Of a DNA stretch of 64,000 bases, positions 29,321-40,858 are shown one piece after another. The stretch covers positions 92,964 to 156,963 of the forward strand of contig JBDHKN010000001.1 of NCBI GenBank assembly GCA_039586365.1. Direction: 5' to 3'. The first letter of the stretch is position 1, and each line of letters opens with the position of its first letter. The notes below the pieces were generated by a model. That model had not been told where the DNA came from, did not search any database, and saw only the letters and a program-made list of their open reading frames with translations. This stretch comes from Gemmatimonadota bacterium (GTDB lineage: Bacteria; Gemmatimonadota; Gemmatimonadetes; Gemmatimonadales; GWC2-71-9). The position numbers were made by a program, and so were the translations under genes.

Positions 29321-32300
29321 CTATGGAGATGCGCTAGGATCTACACACGCGAGAATTCGAAGCATGGAGCCAAGAAACAGGCGATCCAGTACGCGCATCA
29401 GTTTGGGCGTTTCATTCGGTGCTGCCCTGGCGGAGGTGAACGGCCAGCGCCACCTCGCCTCTGACGACCTGAAGCCTTCTTGGGCGAACGGTAGGTGGCC
29501 CACGGAGTCGGCTACAGCCTGCATTGCTGTGATGCGCTCCCGACTCGGACCGATCAGAATCTCGCGGGGGTAGGCACAGAGTCCAGCCCAGCCTTGTTGG
29601 AGCCACAGAATACGGTAACCGCTCGGTAGCTTCTCCTCGGTAACCGCTTTAGTGAACTCGCCGAATTCGGACGGATCTGTCGCGAGGCCGACAGCGTCGC
29701 CCAGATTCCGCACCAAGCCTAGCTGCTCCGCTGCTCTGGCAAGTAAAACTGCGCGGTCGATCTCTCCACGCGCCCGCTCGACGGAAGCGAGGGGAAGAAG
29801 CGCGTGATTGCTGAGCAAGTACATTCCTTCACGGTTTATGGCATTCAGCGGTGCCTGCAACAGATGCTCGCTGAAGCCGGCGTTCTCCCCAAGCCTGGCA
29901 ACCGCACCAAGGGGATTTCCCTGGGCAGCATCGAGCACCGCTGCTAATACATTCGCTCGCACTGCCTCCATTACAATCGGCCGGAGGGATAACCACTGGG
30001 GTGATACTGCCGAGTCTCTGCTGGCAGCATCTGCAACGAGCGCATTCCAGACATCAATCCGAGGTGTGGCAGCTAACCGGCGTAGCAGACCGGTTCGTGG
30101 ATGGTTGGCCAGTTGCGACAGCATTTCGAGTGTGTCTGCAGGAATCTGTTGTCTGAATGCGCGTTCAAACGCGATGTCCGTACCGGTACGCCCCTCGACG
30201 GCATCCCATTCGAAGAGCGACGGAATCTCTATCCCGTACGCGGGCAGGCCGCCAGGTGTCAGAGGGCTAAGGTTCAAAACACGCAGGAGCTCGGTAGCAA
30301 CTTCTACCGGCGTCGAGTCACGCTGCGGCAGATACCGCATCCAGGATGAGCGGGCATACTCAATCGGGTCATGTCGCGCGACGTGCTCCAGACTGGAGAT
30401 GAGGCTCGCGGCACCGGGTCCATGCAACTCGGGAAACCGCGTAGCCGTGAACGTGGCTAGACTGGCGACCACGAGTCCTATGAGCGTTACTGGTGCGAGC
30501 ATGAGAAGGGCGGCGATGTTGAGCCGCGAACTCCAAACGGCGAGGCGATCTTGCTTGTATGTCAAGGCCGACGCCGGACAGGCGCCTTCGGCGGGATGGC
30601 CTTCGTACCATCTCGCGATGTCCTCAGGTTCCGCGTCAAAGGAGTGTGCCCGGCTCAGTCTTCCCAGCAACAGTCTTTCCCACATGATGCAGGCCAAGGC
30701 GCCTAGCAGGCACGCTCCACCTGGTGCGAGCACCAGAGTGACGTCTGTCGCGCTGAGAAGTGTGGCAGTGGTCTCGGGCTGTGCGAATCCGAGAGCGAGA
30801 CACAAGAAGTGAGCGCCCAGAGCTACTACGATCCAAGCAGAACCCGCAAGCACTGTCGCGCTGCGCCCCCGACGTGACAACAGGATCTTACGGCGCGTCG
30901 ACTCACGAAAGGATGCGAAGTCGCCACTACCCGCGACGATCATGCCCGTCCGGCCATCGTGATCTGCCGCTACGTCCAGCAAGGTATCAGTGTTCCATCC
31001 TCTCATGCGTTGGCGCACGGCCCGGTCCAAGAAGCGCGCCGCCGAGAAGAGAAACGAAACCCCAGCGACGCAGTAGGTTACGAGTCCCACGATCACCGCT
31101 GTCTGCCACAGGTACATCAACATGAGTGGTCCACCCGCGATGCGTTCACGGCCACGTTGCACCGTGGCAGCCAGATCTGAAGCAAAGTCAAATCGTGCGA
31201 GCAGACCCTTACTCATAGCTACTATGTCGGGGTAGAAGCTCAGAGCTGCAGCAGCAAGGGTAGCGCCTGCCACAGCAGTCAGTGCCATGCGAATCAGTCC
31301 ACGCGAGCGTCCGCGCAGCCAGAGCAGCCCCGGCGGAGGCCACTCGATCTCCGTTTCCAACGAGGGGAGCATTCCGCGAGCGATCTCGTCGGCCTCCGGC
31401 CGGTCTTTCGGCGCCTTAGCGAGGCAACGGTCGACCATTCTGCCGATGGCCGGTGAGATTTCGGGACGACGCTCGCTAGTTGCGCTGGGTCTGTCCCGCA
31501 GATGAGCGGCTGCCCATCCCATCGCAGACTCCGCGCTAAACGGCAATTGACCCGTTAGGAGCTGGTATGCCACGACCCCAAGGCTGTACACGTCACTCTT
31601 CGGGGTGACAGGATCGCTGGTACCCTGTTCTGGGCTCATGTATGTCGGCGTCCCGACGACCACGCCGGTACTCGTAAGCTTCGTCTCGTTGTCGTGTGTA
31701 GCAGAGGAGAGTGCCGCGCTCACACCGAAGTCGGCCACAAAAGCGCGTCCCGAATCCTTCTCTATCAGAACGTTGCTCGGTTTCACGTCTCGGTGCACGA
31801 AGTCCCTTTCGTGCGCAGCCGCCAGTGCCGCTGCTATCTCACCGATCACGCGCCGCGCCTCACGTTCGCTCACTCTACCCCGTCTCAACCGCCATTCTTC
31901 GAGGTTCGGACCGTCGACATACTGCATGACTATGTAAGGCAGCCTGGATCGCTTGGTCTCACCGACGGCGTAGACCTGGACAACATTGGGGTGAGAGATT
32001 GCAGCAGCAGCTCGTGCCTCCCTCTCGAATCTGACGCGGGCCCGGTTGTCTGCCGCAAAGCTTGGAGCCAGGACCTTCACCGCCACCAGTCGCTTGAGAG
32101 CGGGTTCCCGTGCAAGATAGATCGCCCCCATGCCACCCTGGCCGAGTGGTCTCAAGACTTCGTAGTTCGGTGCCAGAGAAGTGCTTAGAGTTGCTTGCAG
32201 GCGATCAAGGTCCCACCTGGGCTGTTCCAACCCGTCAGGCTCAGTGGTGGGGGTGGACTGTAGGGACGCTCCACATGTGGGGCAGCATGTGACGTCGTCA

Positions 32301-32335
32301 GGTACAGCTATGGAGCATTCAGGACAGTATGGCAT
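29321..32335 (-). CDS. Membrane Hanks-type Ser/Thr kinase with N-terminal Zn ribbon
   Basis: CPEC..CPTC, GQGGMG, VAVK, HRDVKPSN, DFG and GTPTYMSPE motifs; TM helices follow. Confidence 0.92.
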   Translation of the reverse strand: MPYCPECSIAVPDDVTCCPTCGASLQSTPTTEPDGLEQPRWDLDRLQATLSTSLAPNYEVLRPLGQGGMGAIYLAREPALKRLVAVKVLAPSFAADNRARVRFEREARAAAAISHPNVVQVYAVGETKRSRLPYIVMQYVDGPNLEEWRLRRGRVSEREARRVIGEIAAALAAAHERDFVHRDVKPSNVLIEKDSGRAFVADFGVSAALSSATHDNETKLTSTGVVVGTPTYMSPEQGTSDPVTPKSDVYSLGVVAYQLLTGQLPFSAESAMGWAAAHLRDRPSATSERRPEISPAIGRMVDRCLAKAPKDRPEADEIARGMLPSLETEIEWPPPGLLWLRGRSRGLIRMALTAVAGATLAAAALSFYPDIVAMSKGLLARFDFASDLAATVQRGRERIAGGPLMLMYLWQTAVIVGLVTYCVAGVSFLFSAARFLDRAVRQRMRGWNTDTLLDVAADHDGRTGMIVAGSGDFASFRESTRRKILLSRRGRSATVLAGSAWIVVALGAHFLCLALGFAQPETTATLLSATDVTLVLAPGGACLLGALACIMWERLLLGRLSRAHSFDAEPEDIARWYEGHPAEGACPASALTYKQDRLAVWSSRLNIAALLMLAPVTLIGLVVASLATFTATRFPELHGPGAASLISSLEHVARHDPIEYARSSWMRYLPQRDSTPVEVATELLRVLNLSPLTPGGLPAYGIEIPSLFEWDAVEGRTGTDIAFERAFRQQIPADTLEMLSQLANHPRTGLLRRLAATPRIDVWNALVADAASRDSAVSPQWLSLRPIVMEAVRANVLAAVLDAAQGNPLGAVARLGENAGFSEHLLQAPLNAINREGMYLLSNHALLPLASVERARGEIDRAVLLARAAEQLGLVRNLGDAVGLATDPSEFGEFTKAVTEEKLPSGYRILWLQQGWAGLCAYPREILIGPSRERITAMQAVADSVGHLPFAQEGFRSSEARWRWPFTSARAAPNETPKLMRVLDRLFLGSMLRILACVDPSASP

Positions 32336-32391
32336 GCCTAGCCTAACGTATAACAGATCCGATGATTCCCGCCAGTCTCAGGATTCGAGGG

Positions 32392-34245
32392 TCACACCTC
32401 GACCCGGCCACCCAGGTGCTTGGCCAAGAACTTCTCAGCTGCTTCATAAAACCGCAGCCGATTCTCTGGCTTGGCAAATCCGTGGCCCTCGTCAGGGAAG
32501 AGCATGTACTCGTGGTCGATTCCCTTGTCTGTCATGGCAGCTACGATCTGCTCCGACTCGGACTGCTTCACGCGTGGGTCGTTGGCACCCTGCGCGATCA
32601 ACATTGGAATCTTGATGCGGTCGACATGAAACAGCGGTGAGCGCGACTTGAGGAAATCCGGCTCCGTTGCTGGATTCCCAACTCTGCGATGTATCATGGC
32701 GAGATACGTGGACCAGTAGGGAGGAATAGTCTCAATGAAGGTGAGCAGGTTACTCGGGCCAACTATGTCCACCGCGCACGAGAATAGATCCGGAGTGAAC
32801 GTCGCCCCAACGAGGGCTGCGTATCCGCCGTACGAACCGCCATATATGGCGATTCGTTTTGGATCGGCTATGCCGGTCTCGATGGCCCACTGCACCCCAT
32901 CGACTAGGTCGTCGTGCATCCGGCCACCCCACTCCCTGTCCCCAGCATTCAAGAAGTCCTTGCCGAACCCCGTCGAACCACGGAAGTTGACCTGCAGTAC
33001 CGCGTACCCACGGTTCGCAAACCACTGCGACTCAGGATCGTAACCCCAGGTGTCTCGGTGCCACGGCCCGCCGTGGACGTTCAGCACCATCGGCAGGCTG
33101 TTTCGCTCCGCCCCATACGGGGTATGGAGGTATCCCTGAATAGTCAGCCCGTCACGTGCCTGGAACGAGATGGGTTCCATGGCTGTGAGGGTGTAGTTGG
33201 CCAATTCAGGTCGGTTATAGAAGAGGAAGGTGCCTTCCTGTAAGCGGCGATCATAGACGTAGTACGAAAACGGTTGCTGGTCTTGAGTGAATCCCACCAG
33301 CCAAATGTTGTCGTCGTGGGTGCGGTTGTATATACCAAAGTCACCTACGTTCAGCCTGCTGATAGCTGCAATGTCCTCCTCGATGGTTGGGTCCACGACT
33401 TGGTGTTGGATCCGCGCCTTCACAAAGGAGACCATCTGGACTTCGTATGTGTCCGGATGGATTGTCACGTCGCTAACGTCGTAATGTGGGTCCTGAGCTA
33501 TGATCTCCTTATTACCGGTTGCGATCTCAAGTTTCACCAGTGCAGCAGCGTTGACTCCATGCGAATCCAGTATGCAGATCGATTCACCATCCAAGGTGAA
33601 GCCGACCGGCCCACTGTTGAGAGCATCCTCGGCATCCCATGACAACAGCGTACGCCAGTCGGTTCCCTGACTGTCGCGGATAAGGAGATCAAAACCTCCC
33701 TCGGCTGTCGAAGCGACAGCACCCCGTACAGTCATTGCGGCATCGATTACCCAGCTTGCCACATTCCCCGGATTCTTCGCCACCAGCTTGAGCTTGCCGG
33801 ACTTCAAGTCCAGCCAGTAAACGTCGTGTAACCGTTCGTCATCCTTATTCATCGCGATCAGGAGTTCGTTGGGATGTCGCTTGTCATGGTGAACGATGTG
33901 GACTTGTACGTTCTCGAACGGTGTGAGGTCAGCCTCCTTGCCCGTATCCAGATCCACACTGAAGAGTCTCCAGTTTTCGTCGCCACCCACATCTTGGAGG
34001 TATAGGATGTGCCGTGCATCATGGGCCCATGAGAAGACGCGCACGCCGCGCTCGGTATCATGCGTGACCGGTCGGTAGTCGTCTCGGCCTACGTGGCCGA
34101 CCCATACGTTCAGGACGCCGTCCCTGGGTGCCAGATACGCCATCCTGTCTCCATCCGGCGAGATCTGCGGTGTGGCCTTCTCGGGATTGCCGAACAGCGT
34201 TTCCCGCGGGATGAGGGGTGCTTCGAAGATCTTCGTGTCAGTCAT
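32392..34245 (-). CDS. S9 family peptidase (dipeptidyl aminopeptidase/acylaminoacyl peptidase)
   Basis: HGGP, GGSYGG, DPRV and EGHG catalytic motifs. Confidence 0.93.
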   Translation of the reverse strand: MTDTKIFEAPLIPRETLFGNPEKATPQISPDGDRMAYLAPRDGVLNVWVGHVGRDDYRPVTHDTERGVRVFSWAHDARHILYLQDVGGDENWRLFSVDLDTGKEADLTPFENVQVHIVHHDKRHPNELLIAMNKDDERLHDVYWLDLKSGKLKLVAKNPGNVASWVIDAAMTVRGAVASTAEGGFDLLIRDSQGTDWRTLLSWDAEDALNSGPVGFTLDGESICILDSHGVNAAALVKLEIATGNKEIIAQDPHYDVSDVTIHPDTYEVQMVSFVKARIQHQVVDPTIEEDIAAISRLNVGDFGIYNRTHDDNIWLVGFTQDQQPFSYYVYDRRLQEGTFLFYNRPELANYTLTAMEPISFQARDGLTIQGYLHTPYGAERNSLPMVLNVHGGPWHRDTWGYDPESQWFANRGYAVLQVNFRGSTGFGKDFLNAGDREWGGRMHDDLVDGVQWAIETGIADPKRIAIYGGSYGGYAALVGATFTPDLFSCAVDIVGPSNLLTFIETIPPYWSTYLAMIHRRVGNPATEPDFLKSRSPLFHVDRIKIPMLIAQGANDPRVKQSESEQIVAAMTDKGIDHEYMLFPDEGHGFAKPENRLRFYEAAEKFLAKHLGGRVEV

Positions 34246-34298
34246 GGATCATTGTCACTCTTTCGGTCACTCAGGCTCGGATTTCCTATACCAGCACG

Positions 34299-34670
34299 TC
34301 AGGTTCTTCTGCGTCTGAAGTATATCGTGTACACGAATGCGTTGAAAAATAGGACGACAATTCCTAGTCCCGCCTGGACGGCAGGAGTGAGGCCCGGCGG
34401 ATAGACGATTGGAATGACGTAATGTGCAACGAAGCCACCTTCGTAACCGGCTTGGCCCGCTAGTCGACGCCATTGGTTCTCCAGGGGCGTAAGCGGGCAT
34501 GTCCAGCCTACAAACTCGATCAGTATGCCCCACACAGCTGCTGGCAAGTGTATCCATGCCAGCCGCGGCCAGCGCCACACCAGGAGTGCGCCCAACGCAA
34601 CGAATAAGATGAATCCAAGGTGTATGACGACGAGTGCGTCAGCCGCTAACCTGTACAGCATCTGTCCCAC
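34299..34670 (-). CDS. DUF2784 family membrane protein
   Basis: HLGFILFV, CPLTPLE and GGFVAHY motifs. Confidence 0.85.
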   Translation of the reverse strand: MGQMLYRLAADALVVIHLGFILFVALGALLVWRWPRLAWIHLPAAVWGILIEFVGWTCPLTPLENQWRRLAGQAGYEGGFVAHYVIPIVYPPGLTPAVQAGLGIVVLFFNAFVYTIYFRRRRT

Positions 34671-35874
34671 CTACGATCCTGTCCATCACCACAGCTGCAA
34701 CGAGAATGCCCGCAACGTTTGTGGTCGTTCGGGCCATGTCTGGAATACGGTCAACGCCTAGGAGTACTCCGAGGCCGTCCAGCGGAACGCCTACCGTGCC
34801 CAGAGCTGGAGCGAGGCTGACGACCCCTCCAGCTGGGATACCGGCGACAGTGAAGGACACGATGAATGTCGCCAGTACCGCGCCACCGATGCTGGCCGCT
34901 GGTAGCGGTATCCCAAATAGCCAGGCTAGGAACACGATGCCGGCACCCTGGAAGAGAGCGGTGCCCATACGGCCGATACCGGCGCCCAGCGGAATCACGA
35001 AACTCGTGACAGGGCGCGATAGCCGCAGTTGCTCGGTGGCGGCCTCCAGCATGGCAGGCACCGTCGCAGCCGTGCTCGACGTGCTGGCTGCAATCAACAA
35101 CGGGTTTATGACGGCCTTCAGGAAGACCCGGACCGGCATACCGCCCAGGAACCTGACTGCCGGTAGGAAGACCACCCCGACCAACACCAAGAGCCCCAAG
35201 AGAACCGCGAGGATGAAGGCACCAAGGCTCTGCAGCATCGCCCACCCCGCGCGGGCGGTAACCGGGGCGGCAAGCGCGAACACACCGACCGGTGCGAGCC
35301 AGAGAATCCAATGGACCAGTCTAATTAATGCCGCGGTGACCGAACTCCCCAAAGAGAGCAACTGATCGCGCTCTTTGTCGGGAAGGGCACCGGTGGCTGC
35401 GGCAAACAGGACGGTGAACACGATGAGTGGTAGCAGGTCTCCTTTGGCGGCTACCTGGAAGGGGTTACTGGGAATGAGCGAGAGCAGGAACTCGATGGGT
35501 GCCGGAAGCACGGGTGCCTCCGGTTCAACAACAGCAACGGCTTGGGCAGCAACCTCACTGGCGAGCGGGAGCATCAGCTGCATGATACCCATACCGATGA
35601 GTACTCCAAGCGCGCTGGTAGCCGCGAAGAAGGCCAGTGTGGCCACACCGATCTGTCCCAGTCGTTTCAGATCGCCGAGCGCGCCCACCCCCACGAAGAT
35701 CACAGCGGCCACCAGAGGAATGACCACCATCTTGAGCAGATTCACGAACGCGGTACCGATGGGCTCAATGCCCACGGCAATGTCCAGGAGGAGCGACGAG
35801 CCAGAAAGCGCAGCGACCAACCCCAGTAAGAGGCCGCCAATCAGACCGATGGCGACCGCGACGTAAAGTTTCAT
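34639..35874 (-). CDS. DAACS family symporter
   Basis: STSSTAATVP, IPLGA and DRIPDMARTTTNV motifs. Confidence 0.9.
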   Translation of the reverse strand: MKLYVAVAIGLIGGLLLGLVAALSGSSLLLDIAVGIEPIGTAFVNLLKMVVIPLVAAVIFVGVGALGDLKRLGQIGVATLAFFAATSALGVLIGMGIMQLMLPLASEVAAQAVAVVEPEAPVLPAPIEFLLSLIPSNPFQVAAKGDLLPLIVFTVLFAAATGALPDKERDQLLSLGSSVTAALIRLVHWILWLAPVGVFALAAPVTARAGWAMLQSLGAFILAVLLGLLVLVGVVFLPAVRFLGGMPVRVFLKAVINPLLIAASTSSTAATVPAMLEAATEQLRLSRPVTSFVIPLGAGIGRMGTALFQGAGIVFLAWLFGIPLPAASIGGAVLATFIVSFTVAGIPAGGVVSLAPALGTVGVPLDGLGVLLGVDRIPDMARTTTNVAGILVAAVVMDRIVGGTDAVQVSG

Positions 35875-37097
35875 CGCTGCGTCGTGTCTCCCTCGAATCT
35901 GTTAACGAGCACAGTAGCGGTCATGGTTCCTGTCACGTTGGTGGCCGTTCGCGCCATGTCCGGAATCCGATCGATGCTCAACAGAACTGCCAGTCCATCG
36001 AGCGGAATGCCGATTGTGCTGATGGCGGGAGCCATGCTCAGCACACTCCCGCCAGGTACGCTGGCCACGGCAAAGGAAACGATGAACGTGGCCAGTATGG
36101 CACCTCCTACGCCCGCTGCAGCCAACGGCACTCCGTAGAGCCACGCCAGGAACACGATACCGGCTCCCTGGAACACGGCGCTACCACCACGTCCGATCCC
36201 AGCTCCCAGCGGGATTACGAAACCAGCAACCGCCTTGGATACCTTCAGTTCGCCTGCGGCCTCCAACATCGCCGGCACTGTGGCCGGTGATGACGTCGCC
36301 GCCGCGGCGATGGCCTGGGGGCTAACACACGCGCGCATGAAGGATCCCACTCCCCGCCTAGCGAGGAACCTCACGGTGGGCAAATAGAGGACTCCGATGT
36401 ACAGAGTAAGGGCCAGGAGCACGGCAAGCACGAACGTGATCAGACTCTGCAGCACGGCCCAGCCTGCGCGGGCTGTCACCGGCGCGGCGAGGGCGAATAC
36501 CCCTACCGGTGCTATCCACAGAATCCAGTGAACGAGCTTGATGAGTGCAGCTGCCACGGCCTGCGCCAAGTTGAAGAGCCGGTCCCGTTCCGCATCTGGA
36601 AGAGCCCCTGCTGCCGCAGCGACCAAGACCGTGAAGACAATCAACGGTAGCAGTGCGCCTTCCGCCGCCACCTGGAACGGGTTGCTGGGGATTAGGTCCA
36701 AGAGGAATTGGATCGGTTGGAGGGAGGTAGATGCCTCTACCGAGGCAGCTGTGACGGCTTGAGTCGCAGCTTCGCTGGCCCAGGGGAGCATTACGCGCAT
36801 GATCCCCATGCCCATGAGCACGCCGACGATGGCCGCAGTAGCAAAGAAGCCCATCGTGATAGCCCCCATTCGGCCCAGGCGCCGGAGGTCACCGAGAGAG
36901 GATACACCTACGAACACCACAGATGCAATGAGTGGGAGGACGACCATCTTCAGCAGATTGACGAACGCATCACCGATTGGCTCGACACCTACCGCGATCC
37001 ACATTAGAACCGGTGAATTCGTTATCGCGGCCGCGAGCCCCAAGGCGAGGCCTCCAATCAGGCCCAGCGCAATCGCGAAATGGAGTCTCAGCGGCAC
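35871..37097 (-). CDS. DAACS family symporter (tandem paralog)
   Basis: ATSSPATVP and DRIPDMARTATNV motifs; ATGA overlap with the next paralog. Confidence 0.9.
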   Translation of the reverse strand: MPLRLHFAIALGLIGGLALGLAAAITNSPVLMWIAVGVEPIGDAFVNLLKMVVLPLIASVVFVGVSSLGDLRRLGRMGAITMGFFATAAIVGVLMGMGIMRVMLPWASEAATQAVTAASVEASTSLQPIQFLLDLIPSNPFQVAAEGALLPLIVFTVLVAAAAGALPDAERDRLFNLAQAVAAALIKLVHWILWIAPVGVFALAAPVTARAGWAVLQSLITFVLAVLLALTLYIGVLYLPTVRFLARRGVGSFMRACVSPQAIAAAATSSPATVPAMLEAAGELKVSKAVAGFVIPLGAGIGRGGSAVFQGAGIVFLAWLYGVPLAAAGVGGAILATFIVSFAVASVPGGSVLSMAPAISTIGIPLDGLAVLLSIDRIPDMARTATNVTGTMTATVLVNRFEGDTTQR

Positions 37098-37159
37098 GTT
37101 CGCCTCCTCACCTCAAGGGGAAAGTATCTGAACAATCGTACCACGGATGGCTCCAGGGG

Positions 37160-38323
<1,164 letters not shown>

Positions 38324-38515
38324 ACCATGGCATCCCCGGTCGGGTTGAAAACGTACACGCGGTCAAAGGTGTTCACCGGCTCCGCAACATAACGCGTTGC
38401 ATCGGTTCCGGCTGCCCCTTTCAGGCGAACGGACATTCCTTCGTTCCTTACCGGACTCCGTTGGCAAAACCGCACTTTTCTACTATTTTCGGGCCCTTGC
38501 TGACCGGAGGTAGTA

Positions 38516-39313
38516 TTGAGACACGCGCAGACCGTTACACCACGCTGGGCGCTCATATTGGGTGCGTCGAGCGGTTTCGGAGAGGCCACTGCCAAACACT
38601 TGGCCAGGGCCGGCTATCACATTGCAGGCGTTCACCTCGATCGCAGCTCGACTATGCCGCATGTGGAGGATGTCATCGCCGAAATCGAGGCGACAGGACA
38701 TCGGGCGATGTTCTTCAACGTCAATGCGGCTCACGAAGGTAACCGGATTGAGGTACTTGAGTCTCTAGCAGCCGACATCGACGAGAATGGCGGTACAGTT
38801 GCGGTCCTCATGCACTCGCTTGCTTTTGGCACTCTCAAGCCTTTCATCTCACCCGATGCCCTGAGCAAGAGAAACATGGACATGACGCTTGACGTGATGG
38901 CGCACTCGCTGGTCTATTGGGCGCAAGGCTTGGTTGAGAGGGGACTCATGGGCAAGGGCGGACGCATTTTCTCAATGACTTCTTCGGGCTCGAATCGGGT
39001 GATTCACTCATACGGTGCGGTTTCAGCAGCTAAGTGTGCTCTTGAATCACACACCCGTCAGTTGGCGGTGGAGCTGGCGTCGCGTGAGATCACCGTCAAT
39101 GCACTGCGCGGTGGTGTGACGAGAACACCAGCTGCCGAGAAGATTCCTGAAAGCGATCAGCTCTTCGTTGAAGCGGTGCGACGGAATCCTCACAAGCGGC
39201 TCACAACTCCAGATGATGTGGCTCGGGCGGTGATGGCCTTGTCAAAGCCGGGCACCGATTGGATCACTGGAAACGTGATCAACGTCGATGGAGGTGAGGA
39301 CGTGATGGGGTAG
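38516..39313 (+). CDS. SDR oxidoreductase (enoyl-ACP reductase FabL-like)
   Basis: GASSGFG, YGAVSAAK and ITGNVINVDGG motifs. Confidence 0.85.
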   Translation: MRHAQTVTPRWALILGASSGFGEATAKHLARAGYHIAGVHLDRSSTMPHVEDVIAEIEATGHRAMFFNVNAAHEGNRIEVLESLAADIDENGGTVAVLMHSLAFGTLKPFISPDALSKRNMDMTLDVMAHSLVYWAQGLVERGLMGKGGRIFSMTSSGSNRVIHSYGAVSAAKCALESHTRQLAVELASREITVNALRGGVTRTPAAEKIPESDQLFVEAVRRNPHKRLTTPDDVARAVMALSKPGTDWITGNVINVDGGEDVMG

Positions 39314-39322
39314 TGCGCACGA

Positions 39323-39895
39323 TCAGTCCCGCTTGTCTCTCAGCGCCGCCAGTTCTTCTTCTAGCTGTGACAACCGCGCGACCACCATATTCTCACCTGG
39401 TTCCGAGGCGTCCAGGACGATTCCGCGCTTGTTGAGTAGCGTCTCGACAAGCACGTCGGTGTACCCGACAACTGAGTATGATATCCCGCGATCTAGCAAA
39501 CGGTTCAACCGTAGCACGGTGGCCAGGGATTGTCTGGCAGGAAGAGCTGCGATGATCTCAGAGATATCACGTATCAGCAGTTCTCTGAGGTGTTGGATCT
39601 CTTCCACCACCTCTCCGGCCGCCAATCCCCGAGCTGCCGCAGCCCGACCGTACGCATCGCAAGCGTTGAACCACAGTTCGGCCACGTGGCGCCGCAGAGG
39701 GCTAGCCATCTCGATCATGATATCTACGAGTAGTGCAAGCTGGCGATCAATCGTAGATCGATCGAGGAGCGGAGCATGGTTGCCGCGACCGAATATCCAG
39801 TCTCCCCACTGGCGAATCAATCTGTCTCGGCTGGAAACCAGAGAGCGGCCAACCGCGGCTAGGGCCGGGCTGGAGGGACGCGCTGTGAGACCCAT
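39323..39895 (-). CDS. Hypothetical all-alpha protein (RsbRD N-terminal-like)
   Basis: Fills the gap between two plus-strand genes; YGRAAAARG...EVVEEIQHLRE pattern. Confidence 0.6.
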   Translation of the reverse strand: MGLTARPSSPALAAVGRSLVSSRDRLIRQWGDWIFGRGNHAPLLDRSTIDRQLALLVDIMIEMASPLRRHVAELWFNACDAYGRAAAARGLAAGEVVEEIQHLRELLIRDISEIIAALPARQSLATVLRLNRLLDRGISYSVVGYTDVLVETLLNKRGIVLDASEPGENMVVARLSQLEEELAALRDKRD

Positions 39896-39964
39896 CCTGC
39901 GTTCCCTGCGAGGTGAATTAGGTGCACAATTTACTCGGGCGGCTCCTGCACGTCAAAAGGCTCC

Positions 39965-40813
39965 ATGTCCACTGTAGCGAAGCAGCCTTTTGAACTCCGC
40001 GGAGCCGATGGGGGACCGCTGCGCGGAGAAGTGCGAACCGCGGGTAGTGGGAGTGATCGGCCTGCCGTCATCATCTGTCACGGTTTCAAGGGCTTCAAAG
40101 AGTGGGGTTTCTTCCCCCACTTAGCGGATCGTCTGGCCAGGGCTGGCCTGACGGTGATTTCGTTCAATTTCAGTGGTAGTGGCGTGGGCCCGGATGGCGA
40201 GAGATTCTCGGAGCCCGAGCGGTTCGGCCATGCTACGCTGTCCAACGACCTGAGCGACCTGCAGCTCGTGGTGGCTGCGTTGCAAGAGGGTGCGCTCAGT
40301 GATGGTCTGGCGAAGCAAGACGGCTACGGGCTGTTCGGTCACAGCCGGGGTGGTGGAACCACCATCATACACGCAGCCAGCACGGATTCCGTAAAAGCCA
40401 TGGTAACGTGGGCTGCGATCGCGACCCCGCTGCGGTGGGATGACGCAACGGTTACTCGCTGGCGGAGCGAAGGGAGAATTGACGTAGTCAATCAGCGCAC
40501 CGGAGACGTGTTGCCGCTTTACACCGACTTCTTGGACGACCTTTCTGCGAGGGGCCACGAACTTGATATTGCGCGAGCTGCCGCGCGGGTCAGAGGCAAG
40601 TGGTTGATCGTACATGGTGCTGAAGACGAGGCAGTCCCATATGGCGATGCCATGAAGCTTCACGCCGCGGCGCAGCCCACAGTTTCACAGCTGACAGTGA
40701 TCCCCGGAGCAGGTCATACATTCGGAGCACGCCATCCATGGACCGGCTGTACGACGGAACTCGATGCGGCATTTGAGGCCACCGTCGGCTGGTTCTCCGA
40801 CAACCTTCTGTGA
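39965..40813 (+). CDS. Alpha/beta hydrolase
   Basis: HGFKGFK, GHSRGG, HGAED and GHTF motifs. Confidence 0.9.
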   Translation: MSTVAKQPFELRGADGGPLRGEVRTAGSGSDRPAVIICHGFKGFKEWGFFPHLADRLARAGLTVISFNFSGSGVGPDGERFSEPERFGHATLSNDLSDLQLVVAALQEGALSDGLAKQDGYGLFGHSRGGGTTIIHAASTDSVKAMVTWAAIATPLRWDDATVTRWRSEGRIDVVNQRTGDVLPLYTDFLDDLSARGHELDIARAAARVRGKWLIVHGAEDEAVPYGDAMKLHAAAQPTVSQLTVIPGAGHTFGARHPWTGCTTELDAAFEATVGWFSDNLL

Positions 40814-40818
40814 CTCAC

Positions 40819-40849
40819 AAAACAAACGGGGGCTCCGAGAGGAGCCCCC
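40819..40849 (-). terminator. Rho-independent terminator
   Basis: 9-bp stem GGGGGCTCC/GGAGCCCCC with 4-nt loop, followed by GTTTGTTTT on the minus strand. Confidence 0.75.
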
Positions 40850-40858
40850 AGGGGCCAA

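Noticed and set aside
29808-30812. 334-aa plus-strand ORF, and similar antisense ORFs such as 21385-22236 and 27625-28479
   Set aside because: Antisense shadows of well-supported genes, with no recognisable motifs
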